Positions 56,778 through 64,000 of a stretch of DNA of 64,000 nucleotides are shown in pieces. Under the pieces are notes generated by a model. The model worked only from the letters and a program-made list of their open reading frames with translations, ran no database searches and was not told where the DNA came from. The position numbers and the translations under genes are program-made. The stretch is from positions 68,325 to 132,324 of the forward strand of contig JBDRRS010000013.1 in assembly GCA_043825615.1 (NCBI GenBank), given 5' to 3'. The number at the start of each line of letters is the position of its first letter. Position 1 is the stretch's first letter. The stretch is from a bacterium. Its GTDB lineage: Bacteria; CG03.

Positions 56778-57062
56778 TCATTCATAATGTGTCCACATTC
56801 GAATGACTTTCACTGCTTTATAACGTTTCAGCACTTGATAAACAAGCCGATGTTGAATGTTTATCCTACGGGAATAAGCGCCTTCAATGTCCCCTATAAG
56901 TTTTTCAAATGTAGGCGGCGACTGAAATGGATTTTTCTTCAAGATTTTGAGAAGTGTTTCCGCTTTCGGGCGTAAACCCGCGGCAGCAAGTTTTTTTGCA
57001 TCTTTCCGAGCCTGTTTTGTGTAGAAGAGCCGCCAACTTACCACTTCAGTTTTTTTCCGCAT
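56778..57062 (-). CDS. yoeB: YoeB/Txe-family toxin
   Basis: 94 aa. The C-terminal 'YSRRINIQHRLVYQV...IRMWTHYE' matches YoeB. Confidence 0.8.
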   Translation of the reverse strand: MRKKTEVVSWRLFYTKQARKDAKKLAAAGLRPKAETLLKILKKNPFQSPPTFEKLIGDIEGAYSRRINIQHRLVYQVLKRYKAVKVIRMWTHYE

Positions 57063-57289
57063 TTTTTCAGGGGCGTTTTCAGACCTTTTCTAATAGATTC
57101 TCTCATCCCCTGAATGGAAAGCAAATATAACGTTTCTTTAATGGCGCGCCAATCATCTTCTGCAATCAAAACGGCATTATTCCGCTTTCCTGTAATCTGA
57201 ATCGGCTCATGAAGCTGAGCGGTCCTGTCAAGTAACTTATATATGTTGCCCCTTACTTGGCTGGCTGTCAGAGTAATCATAATTATCAC
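57038..57289 (-). CDS. yefM: YefM/Phd-family antitoxin
   Basis: 83 aa. 'ITLTASQVRGNIYKLLDRTAQLHEPIQITGKRNNAVLIAEDDWRAIKETLYLLS' is the Phd/YefM pattern. Overlaps yoeB by 25 nt. Confidence 0.7.
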   Translation of the reverse strand: MIIMITLTASQVRGNIYKLLDRTAQLHEPIQITGKRNNAVLIAEDDWRAIKETLYLLSIQGMRESIRKGLKTPLKKCGKKLKW

Positions 57290-57544
57290 CTCCGTTACAA
57301 GCGTACCATATGACGTACGTTACGTCAAGAACAAATCTTTAGATATGGTCGGAACCCACCACTGGATCGCTCAGTGCGGCGGAACCAATCCTGTGCGGAT
57401 CGGATACAGTCCAGCGGGTTGAGTGGGTTGTAGCCCTTCAATTCATATCTCCTTTCTCATCTGATCCAACGTCGTGCATGACCGTCTTTGGAAAGACGTG
57501 CGAAGCGCGGCTTTTCAAAGTACGTGTCAATGCATCTTGTTGGG

Positions 57545-58261
57545 CTATTTCAGTTTTCGTATTTCCTTCACATTCTGGTTGAACCAGTCTCCCCACGAGT
57601 CCATCAGTTTCTGGCCTGCGAGGGAGATGGTTGCGTCCGCCTTGTCGTTGCCCTCAACGACAAGGCGAAGCCCTGCAAGAAACTCTCTCTCAAAATGGCT
57701 TCCCCATCCCTCGTACTTCTCATTCAGAAAGTCGGTATCGACTTTCTCTGCATATGCAAGAGCGGCACGATAGTGCCGCATCATCTCGTCAGCGTCCGCC
57801 TGACTCATGACGGAAAAGGCGGTTCCTCGGTTGACAACCCGGGAAGCAAGGTTGGCTGATTCCATGGTTGCGGTAAATGCAACAACAGTTTCCTTTTTGT
57901 GTGATTGAGCTGTGACATCTGGAACGGACGCAAACATCAAGAACGCACAGACAGGCCAGCCAATGAATCCCAGCAAGCTGAGGGCAAAGGCTCCGATCAG
58001 ATTTTCAATAGTATTGCTGATGAATTGGAAGGCTAGGCCAAGGCCGAAGAGAGCAAGGGGTGCCCACCACACAACCTTGAATCCGTAGTACACGAGGAAG
58101 ACGAGGCCGGTGCTAGTGCCGATGAACCCGGTGAAGACTAAGAAGGAAAGGAATCCTTGGCTGGCGCCACGGAAATGTTTGGCGTGAAGTTGCTGGTAGA
58201 ATATGAACATAGAAAAGAAGCAATAAGGTATGACTACGCCCCATGGAAGTGTATCACTCAT
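57545..58261 (-). CDS. hypothetical polytopic membrane protein with C-terminal soluble domain (GC-rich, atypical codon usage)
   Basis: 238 aa with 4-5 TM segments. Third-position GC is clearly higher than in the housekeeping genes. No motif recognised. Confidence 0.4.
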   Translation of the reverse strand: MSDTLPWGVVIPYCFFSMFIFYQQLHAKHFRGASQGFLSFLVFTGFIGTSTGLVFLVYYGFKVVWWAPLALFGLGLAFQFISNTIENLIGAFALSLLGFIGWPVCAFLMFASVPDVTAQSHKKETVVAFTATMESANLASRVVNRGTAFSVMSQADADEMMRHYRAALAYAEKVDTDFLNEKYEGWGSHFEREFLAGLRLVVEGNDKADATISLAGQKLMDSWGDWFNQNVKEIRKLK

Positions 58262-58432
58262 TCTTTATCTCCAAGCCCAACAATGTTATTGACATTTATT
58301 ATGTTTTTAGCAAATATTCGCGGTCCTACCAAGCGGGCAACAGGGGGCATTTTAAATATTTACAGATAATTTGTAGAATATGAAAATGAAGAATATGAAA
58401 ATGAAGGACGTCCCCATTTCGCTTACCATGCT

Positions 58433-59308
58433 GTGAATAAAAATATAACTCTTAAACGTTTTATCAACCCGAAGAAGGGGATGCGGATTGACACGTTCCT
58501 CCATTCAAAACTGAGAGATACCTCCAGAAGTTTTATCCAGTACCTGATAGGGTCCGAAAATATCCGTGTGAACGGGAAAGGAGTAAAGAAAAATTACATC
58601 CTGAAGGGCGACGAAGAAATTACGGTAAACCTGATTGCGGACCCCGCCACTTACATCGAAGCGGAGGAAGTCCCTTTTGATGTCCTGTATGAAGACCCGG
58701 AATTTCTCATTATTTTAAAGCCCTCCGGAATTATCACGCATCCCGTCGGGAGACAGCGCAGGAAAACTCTGCTCCAGGGTCTCCTCTTTAAATATCCCGA
58801 ACTCAAACACTGGCCGGGGCTTGGAAAACCCGGTCTCGTCCACCGTCTTGACAGAGAAACGTCCGGCATAATGATTGTCGCAAGAAACGCGGCTGCACAG
58901 AAAAACATAATGAAACAGTTTGAAAAAAGAACGGTTTCAAAAACATATCTTGCCGTCGTTTCCGGCACCGTAAAAAATTCCGGCACCGTCGAAGCGCCCA
59001 TAAAAAGGAATGAAATCCGCAGGACAAACTTTTCCGTTTCCCCCGGCGGAAGATACGCAAAAACACATTTCAGAGCGGTAAAAAATTTCAAAAATTATTC
59101 CCTTCTGCTCATCCGCCCTTATACCGGCAGAACGCACCAGATAAGGGTTCATCTTTCGCACATCGGCTTCCCTGTCGCGGGCGATAAAAAATACGGCGGT
59201 GATGATGCCCCGAGAATTATGCTTCACGCATATTCAATATCATTCAGCCATCCCGCATCAGGAAAAAGAGTTTACTTCAAAACAAAATTCCCGAAGGACT
59301 TTAAGTAG
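58433..59308 (+). CDS. rluD: RluA-family 23S rRNA pseudouridine synthase (RluD-like, with S4 domain)
   Basis: N-terminal S4-like 'RIDTFLHSKL' and the catalytic 'HRLDRETSGIMIVARN' motif. Confidence 0.8.
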   Translation: MNKNITLKRFINPKKGMRIDTFLHSKLRDTSRSFIQYLIGSENIRVNGKGVKKNYILKGDEEITVNLIADPATYIEAEEVPFDVLYEDPEFLIILKPSGIITHPVGRQRRKTLLQGLLFKYPELKHWPGLGKPGLVHRLDRETSGIMIVARNAAAQKNIMKQFEKRTVSKTYLAVVSGTVKNSGTVEAPIKRNEIRRTNFSVSPGGRYAKTHFRAVKNFKNYSLLLIRPYTGRTHQIRVHLSHIGFPVAGDKKYGGDDAPRIMLHAYSISFSHPASGKRVYFKTKFPKDFK

Positions 59309-59451
59309 GGGCAATTCATGCCTGCCCACAGGGCGGTCTGTGACCTGCCCGCCTCAGGAGGGAATTGCCCCTCTTGCGCAAAATAGTGATAAAAAAGGGC
59401 ATATAAAATGCCTGCCTGTTGACTTGCACTGGTAATTTGCTAAAATAAACC

Positions 59452-60126
59452 ATGCAAAAATTAGATTATTTGAGAAAAATTTTTGTTTTAAGTTCGCTTT
59501 CGGATGAGGAACTTAGCGATATTGTACGTGTCGTTTCGGTTGTAAAATTCAGAAACAGAGATATTGTTATTGCGGAAAACTCTCCGGGGGATTCTGTTTT
59601 TTTTATTTTGAAGGGCAAAATTCAAATTTACAGGGAATCCACCGACGGCAAAATCAAAACACTTTCTCTCTTGTCGGAAGGCGACTTTTTCGGTGAAATG
59701 TCGATTCTGTCGCCGGCGCTGCGCTGCGCATCCGCCAAAGCGCTTGGCAGCGTAAGATTGCTGAAGTTGAAAGCGCGGGACTTCCAGAAGGTCATAAAAG
59801 AGAAGCAGGCGATTGCCCTTGCCGTTCTTGAGGTGCTCTGCAGGCGTCTGAGGACGGCGGACAGGCACATAGAAATTCTGTCATATCAGAGTGTTCCCAG
59901 GAGAATAGTTCAGATACTTCTGAATCTTGTGAGTTCGGCGAGTGTCGCAAAAAGGAAAGCGGCGGTACAGATTACCCAGAAAGAGCTTGCTGAAATGGTC
60001 GCCTCCGCGCGCGAAGTTGTCAACAGGGTGCTGCAGCAGTTGAGAAAACGGCATCTTGTGAGGTTAAAGAAAGGTCTGATAGAAATTCCGAACATCAAAA
60101 AACTCAGGGACTTTAAAGTCAGATAA
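59452..60126 (+). CDS. Crp/Fnr-family transcriptional regulator
   Basis: A cNMP-binding beta-roll 'GDSVFFILKGKIQIY...GDFFGEMSIL' and a C-terminal HTH 'ITQKELAEMVASAREVVNRVL'. Confidence 0.8.
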   Translation: MQKLDYLRKIFVLSSLSDEELSDIVRVVSVVKFRNRDIVIAENSPGDSVFFILKGKIQIYRESTDGKIKTLSLLSEGDFFGEMSILSPALRCASAKALGSVRLLKLKARDFQKVIKEKQAIALAVLEVLCRRLRTADRHIEILSYQSVPRRIVQILLNLVSSASVAKRKAAVQITQKELAEMVASAREVVNRVLQQLRKRHLVRLKKGLIEIPNIKKLRDFKVR

Positions 60127-60130
60127 GCCA

Positions 60131-61102
60131 ATGCCCGGCAAACATTTTTTGATTACAGGTTTTGCTTTTTTCATAATTACCTGGCAGGCATCAGGCGGTA
60201 CGCCGGCGCCGTACGATGTTTATGACGGGATTAATCCGGACATAAGGTCGGCGTCAATGGGCGGGGCTGGCGTGTGTTCAAAAAGAGGCGCGCCGGTTAT
60301 GTATTTTAATCCGGCAGGTCTTTGCGGTATCGCGAATTTTATGACGTTTTCATTCAAAGTAAAACAATCGCCGAAGGAACTGGAGAGTTCGGATATTTTA
60401 GGCGGCAGAAGTCTTATTTTCCTCGGGTTCTCGGGCGGTGACATGGGTCTTGCATGGTCACCTCTGTCAAATATCAAAAAGTGCCTGCTGCCAGGAACAA
60501 CCGTTGAGGTTAAAGTAAACAAATTTACGATGGGTTTTTCGAACCGCCTCAGCGGTAATCTTGACTTCGGGATGAACATAAATTTTTTCAACGGTTTTAT
60601 GGGCACCACCGGCACCTCGGCGGATATTTCTGACGCCAACGGTTATGGAATTGACTGGGGAATCATCTACAGGATGCATCCCAACATAACCCTCGGCTCG
60701 TCCTTCTTTAATGCGCCTTCTTCAATCAGATGGAGCGGTTACGGTCAGGAAAATCCGCCTCTGGTAATCCGGAACGGCGGAACCGTGAAACTGCCGGGGC
60801 TGTTTGAGGTGTCTTCCGAGGTCGAGACACGGAGGTACCGAAAAGAGAGGCCGCTTGACGGAAAAAAGAGTGTGGATATTTATCACTTCGGAATTGAGCA
60901 GAACTTTTTTAATATTATTTCTTTTAGAGCAGGAATGTTCGGCGAGGACCTGAACGACGAAAAAAAATCAGGATATTCCGCCGGCATCGGCTGGTCGAAA
61001 GACCTCGCTGTCTGCGACATTGCCTGGCAGAGACAGTATCTGACCCCGGCGGATAAGGATTATCTGCAGACATATTTTATTTCCGTAACCGTACCTTTTT
61101 AG
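60131..61102 (+). CDS. putative outer-membrane beta-barrel protein (possibly T9SS PorP/SprF- or PorV-like)
   Basis: 323 aa. Signal peptide, alternating amphipathic beta-strand pattern, and a C-terminal aromatic 'VTVPF'. The family call is from memory only. Confidence 0.4.
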   Translation: MPGKHFLITGFAFFIITWQASGGTPAPYDVYDGINPDIRSASMGGAGVCSKRGAPVMYFNPAGLCGIANFMTFSFKVKQSPKELESSDILGGRSLIFLGFSGGDMGLAWSPLSNIKKCLLPGTTVEVKVNKFTMGFSNRLSGNLDFGMNINFFNGFMGTTGTSADISDANGYGIDWGIIYRMHPNITLGSSFFNAPSSIRWSGYGQENPPLVIRNGGTVKLPGLFEVSSEVETRRYRKERPLDGKKSVDIYHFGIEQNFFNIISFRAGMFGEDLNDEKKSGYSAGIGWSKDLAVCDIAWQRQYLTPADKDYLQTYFISVTVPF

Positions 61103-61111
61103 GGTATTTCT

Positions 61112-62554
61112 ATGACCAATTCAAAAACATGGCTTGAACGATTGTTGACGTCTGTTGAAAATAAAATTCTGTTAAGGCAGGCATTTGATTTTGCCGATTT
61201 GCATCACAGAGGACAGAAGAGGAAAGACGGCTCGCCGTATATTCTGCATCCTCTCAGAGTAGCGTGCGAACTTGCAGAATGGAACATGGACGAGACGACC
61301 GTAATTTCAGGGCTCCTGCACGATTTAATAGAAGATACGGATGTGTCGCCGGATGTTCTCGAAAATCAGTTCGGCGGGGACATTGCCCTGATTGTCAAAG
61401 CCCTTACAAAAATAAAGGAAATCCCGGCTGTTTCAAAAGACGTGGAAAATCTGAGGCAGCTGATTATCGCCATGAGCAGGGATGTGAGAGTTATAATTGT
61501 CCGCCTTGCAGACAAACTTGATAACATCAGAACCATTGAGTGGCTGGACGCCGCCCAGCAAAAAAAATTTGCCCGAGGGATTATTGATATTTACGCTCCG
61601 CTGGCACACCGCATCGGTATGAACATTGTGAAAAACGAGATGGAGGACATAGCTTTTAAAATAGAAAAGCCGGAGGAATATAAAAAGATAAAAGAAATTC
61701 TGGATAAGATGCATCCCCGGGCGTTGCAGACGATGGAAACCGCGGAGAAAGAACTTGCCTCAAAATTGAAAGGCCTCGGGGTTTCTTTGGTGAAAATTGC
61801 CTCAAGAATAAAAAGCCCACTCAGTATTTACAGAAAAGAAATCATGCAAAACAAAAACCTGGACGAACTGGAAGACATCTTCGCCATGAGGATAATTACC
61901 GCGGATTTAGAGGGATGCTATAAAACGCTTGCTATTCTTCACAATTTTTACAAACCGGCAGAGGGGTCTTTTACCGATTACATCACGTATCCGAAAATCA
62001 ATATGTATCAGTCAATACACACAACGTGCAGAACGCCCGCCGGAGAGTTTATTGAATTTCAGATAAGAACGCAGGATATGGACAGAACCGCCGAATTCGG
62101 TATCGCCGCTCACTGGAAATATAAAAACATCGACGGCCGAGCGGCAAAAGGGCTGAAGGAATGGCTCCTGTCCTTTTATGAATGGCAGATGGAGAACATT
62201 TCAAAAGAGGAGTTTCTTCGCAACCTCCGGACCCAGCTGAGTTACGACGAGATTTTTGTATTGACGCCGAAATCCGACGTGAAGCGCTTGATAAAAGGAG
62301 CGACCCCGCTGGATTTTGCGTATTCGATACACTCGGATATAGGCGATCACTTCAGGGGCTGTCTCGTCAACGGCAAAATGGTGGCGAAAGACCATGTTTT
62401 GCAAAGCGGCGATAAGGTACGGATTCTTACTCTGCCGGGTTCTCATCCGACGCGTGACTGGCTGAAATTTGCGCGGTCGCCCAGAGCGAGATATAAAATA
62501 AGACACGGTCTGAAAGAAAATTCGCGGAAACAGCCGCATCCGAAAAAGAAATGA
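61112..62554 (+). CDS. rel: bifunctional (p)ppGpp synthetase/hydrolase, short Rel/SpoT type (HD + synthetase + TGS, no ACT)
   Basis: HD motif 'HPLRVACELAEW..ISGLLHDLIEDT', synthetase motif 'RIKSPLSIYRK', and a TGS domain 'IFVLTPKSDVKRL'. Confidence 0.85.
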   Translation: MTNSKTWLERLLTSVENKILLRQAFDFADLHHRGQKRKDGSPYILHPLRVACELAEWNMDETTVISGLLHDLIEDTDVSPDVLENQFGGDIALIVKALTKIKEIPAVSKDVENLRQLIIAMSRDVRVIIVRLADKLDNIRTIEWLDAAQQKKFARGIIDIYAPLAHRIGMNIVKNEMEDIAFKIEKPEEYKKIKEILDKMHPRALQTMETAEKELASKLKGLGVSLVKIASRIKSPLSIYRKEIMQNKNLDELEDIFAMRIITADLEGCYKTLAILHNFYKPAEGSFTDYITYPKINMYQSIHTTCRTPAGEFIEFQIRTQDMDRTAEFGIAAHWKYKNIDGRAAKGLKEWLLSFYEWQMENISKEEFLRNLRTQLSYDEIFVLTPKSDVKRLIKGATPLDFAYSIHSDIGDHFRGCLVNGKMVAKDHVLQSGDKVRILTLPGSHPTRDWLKFARSPRARYKIRHGLKENSRKQPHPKKK

Positions 62555-62583
62555 AAAGAAATAATGGGGGCCGTCCCCTTTCT

Positions 62584-62769
62584 TTATACTATTTTTTCTA
62601 CTTTTTTAAGACAGGATGTGCAGACATATCCAGAGCGGTTTTTCTCATTCTGCACAAAACGGATTTTTTGAAGATTTACTTTCCACTTTCTTTTTGTGGC
62701 GCGGTTTGACTTGCTTCTGCTGTTGCCCGACAGCGATTTCTTCCCGCAGACACTGCAAATTCTTGACAC
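62584..62769 (-). CDS. rpmB: 50S ribosomal protein L28
   Basis: 61 aa. 'MSRICSVCGKKSLSGNSRSKSNRATKRKWKVNLQ' matches the L28 N-terminus, with the Cys-x2-Cys...Cys-x2-Cys zinc ribbon. Confidence 0.8.
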   Translation of the reverse strand: MSRICSVCGKKSLSGNSRSKSNRATKRKWKVNLQKIRFVQNEKNRSGYVCTSCLKKVEKIV

Positions 62770-62848
62770 TTTTTTCTCCTTTGAAGGATGTTATATAATT
62801 CTTAAAAATTACGCAAGGTGCTGTCCTGGTTCAATACATGGTAAAACA

Positions 62849-63060
62849 CTAACCATACAAAGCAACCTGCTGAGCAGGCAATACAGCCATCCTGAAAGAC
62901 CTTGAAAAAGAGTGGTCTTCTTTCCACTTTTTATAATACTCATTAGGTGTCAGATAATCAAGAGATTGATGAGGCCTTACATCATTGTAAATCTCATTCC
63001 ATCGGCTTAATTTTTCGTTCTGTTTTTTGACCCCTGATACCAGATTACCCTGCCGGTCAT
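62849..63060 (-). pseudogene. C-terminal remnant of an rve/DDE-family (IS3-like) transposase, with a frameshift
   Basis: Minus-strand translation gives 'SRWNEIYNDVRPHQSLDYLTPNEYYKKW', the conserved 'YNxxRPHxxLxYxTPxE' end of the integrase core. The upstream 'MTGRVIWYQGSKNRTKN*' is in another frame. No N-terminal portion is present. Confidence 0.5.
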
Positions 63061-63294
63061 GTCAAATCATATAACCGTAAAATTCATAAACATCCGTTTG
63101 TATTGACCTCTCAACGCGCCGGCATGCAGGTTTATTTCGTGTTGCTTTTTATTTGATGCAACATGCAGGGTTATTATAATGGCGGCGGGGTGAACTTCCT
63201 AATTTCTCACTGCGAAAAATATTAGGAACCGTCCCCAATAAACACATCAGCATTAGTTATTGACATGAAACTGTGGAATTGTTAATTTCCGGTT

Positions 63295-64000
63295 ATGAAA
63301 TACAGGTTTCCAATCACGATATTTGTTATTTTGCACTTTACCCTGAACAGTGTCTCGGCGGAGTCCATAACCAATTATACTAACGGGAATGATATTAACT
63401 GCGTAGCTGTTGAAGGAAATTATATATGGTGCGGCACTTCAGGCGGTGTTGTCAGATGGAACGCAAACGACGGAACCTATGTTAAGTATACCAGACTTGC
63501 TGACGGACTCTCTGATAACGATGTCAGAGCAGCAGTTATAGATCAGAACGGAGACAAATGGTTCGGCACCTGGGGGGGAGGGGTAAACAAGTTTGATGGA
63601 ATAACCTGGACAAACTATACGGACAGCGACGGCCTGGCTGGTAATTATGTTAGTGCTGTGATGGTAGACGGAAGCGGAAATATCTGGTTTGGAACTTCCG
63701 AAGGATTAAGCAAATACGACAGAGTCATATGGAAAACTTATACTACCAGCGATGGTCTTGCTAATAATGAAGTAAGCGCAATAGCCGAAGATGCAAATGG
63801 AAATATATGGGTTAATGGCGGCGGGGTGAATATGTTTGACGGGACAAACTGGACAAACTATATCATATCAAACAGCGGCCTTACATCTAATTTAGTGTAT
63901 GCAATAGTCATCGATACCTATAATAACAAGTGGTTTGGTCTTGGCCATGATTTTGACGGCGGGGTAAATGTGTTGGATTCCTCAAACACAAACTGGACTC
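63295..64000 (+). CDS. secreted two-component-regulator-propeller (Reg_prop) repeat protein, 5' partial (runs off the window)
   Basis: Signal peptide 'MKYRFPITIFVILHFTLNSVSA', then repeated 'GNIWFGTxxGLSKYD / GDKWFGTWGGGVNKFDG' units typical of propeller repeats. A TTGACA-17-TAATTT promoter sits 6 nt upstream, so the mRNA may be leaderless. Confidence 0.6.
   Translation, partial: MKYRFPITIFVILHFTLNSVSAESITNYTNGNDINCVAVEGNYIWCGTSGGVVRWNANDGTYVKYTRLADGLSDNDVRAAVIDQNGDKWFGTWGGGVNKFDGITWTNYTDSDGLAGNYVSAVMVDGSGNIWFGTSEGLSKYDRVIWKTYTTSDGLANNEVSAIAEDANGNIWVNGGGVNMFDGTNWTNYIISNSGLTSNLVYAIVIDTYNNKWFGLGHDFDGGVNVLDSSNTNWT

Overview
Gene-dense 64-kb chromosomal segment. Most of it is housekeeping, all recognised by motif: ileS, gltX, hisG, prs, tsaD/tsaE/tsaB-rimI, thiL, proC, mtnA, lspA, rel, rpmB, cdd, ctpA, the ftsE-ftsX-envC-ctpA-yibQ block and an exbB-exbD-exbD-tonB block. 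A T9SS-type C-terminal sorting domain on a giant surface protein and a PorP/PorV-like barrel suggest a type-IX-secretion-bearing bacterium; the lineage cannot be fixed from this window. The backbone is interrupted by compositionally distinct insertions: (i) an AT-rich Mrr restriction gene plus a GC-rich secreted protease just upstream of tRNA-Val(TAC); (ii) a ~6.9-kb AT-rich island between prs and DUF1844/gltX; (iii) a YefM-YoeB pair plus a GC-rich membrane-protein gene between lspA and an RluA-family gene. The island in (ii) carries a nucleotidyltransferase-type two-gene cassette, BrnT/BrnA, a tyrosine integrase, a response regulator and sensor kinase with in-frame triplet repeats and an upstream (TCTG)8 tract, and a sigma-54 DNA-binding domain fused to a GIY-YIG nuclease. 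That fusion is my top candidate for something undescribed. Other notable content: four TA-type modules in 64 kb; two ~1150-1200-aa coiled-coil proteins; a TsaB-coiled-coil-RimI fusion; a 1095-aa DUF285-type repeat surface protein with ~20 near-identical 69-nt tandem repeats; two families of duplicated non-coding elements, one of which has a 20-nt palindrome that covaries around a CACGTG core; a transposase C-terminal remnant; and a partial propeller-repeat protein at the window end. All calls rest on motif and domain recognition by eye; nothing was searched or computed.
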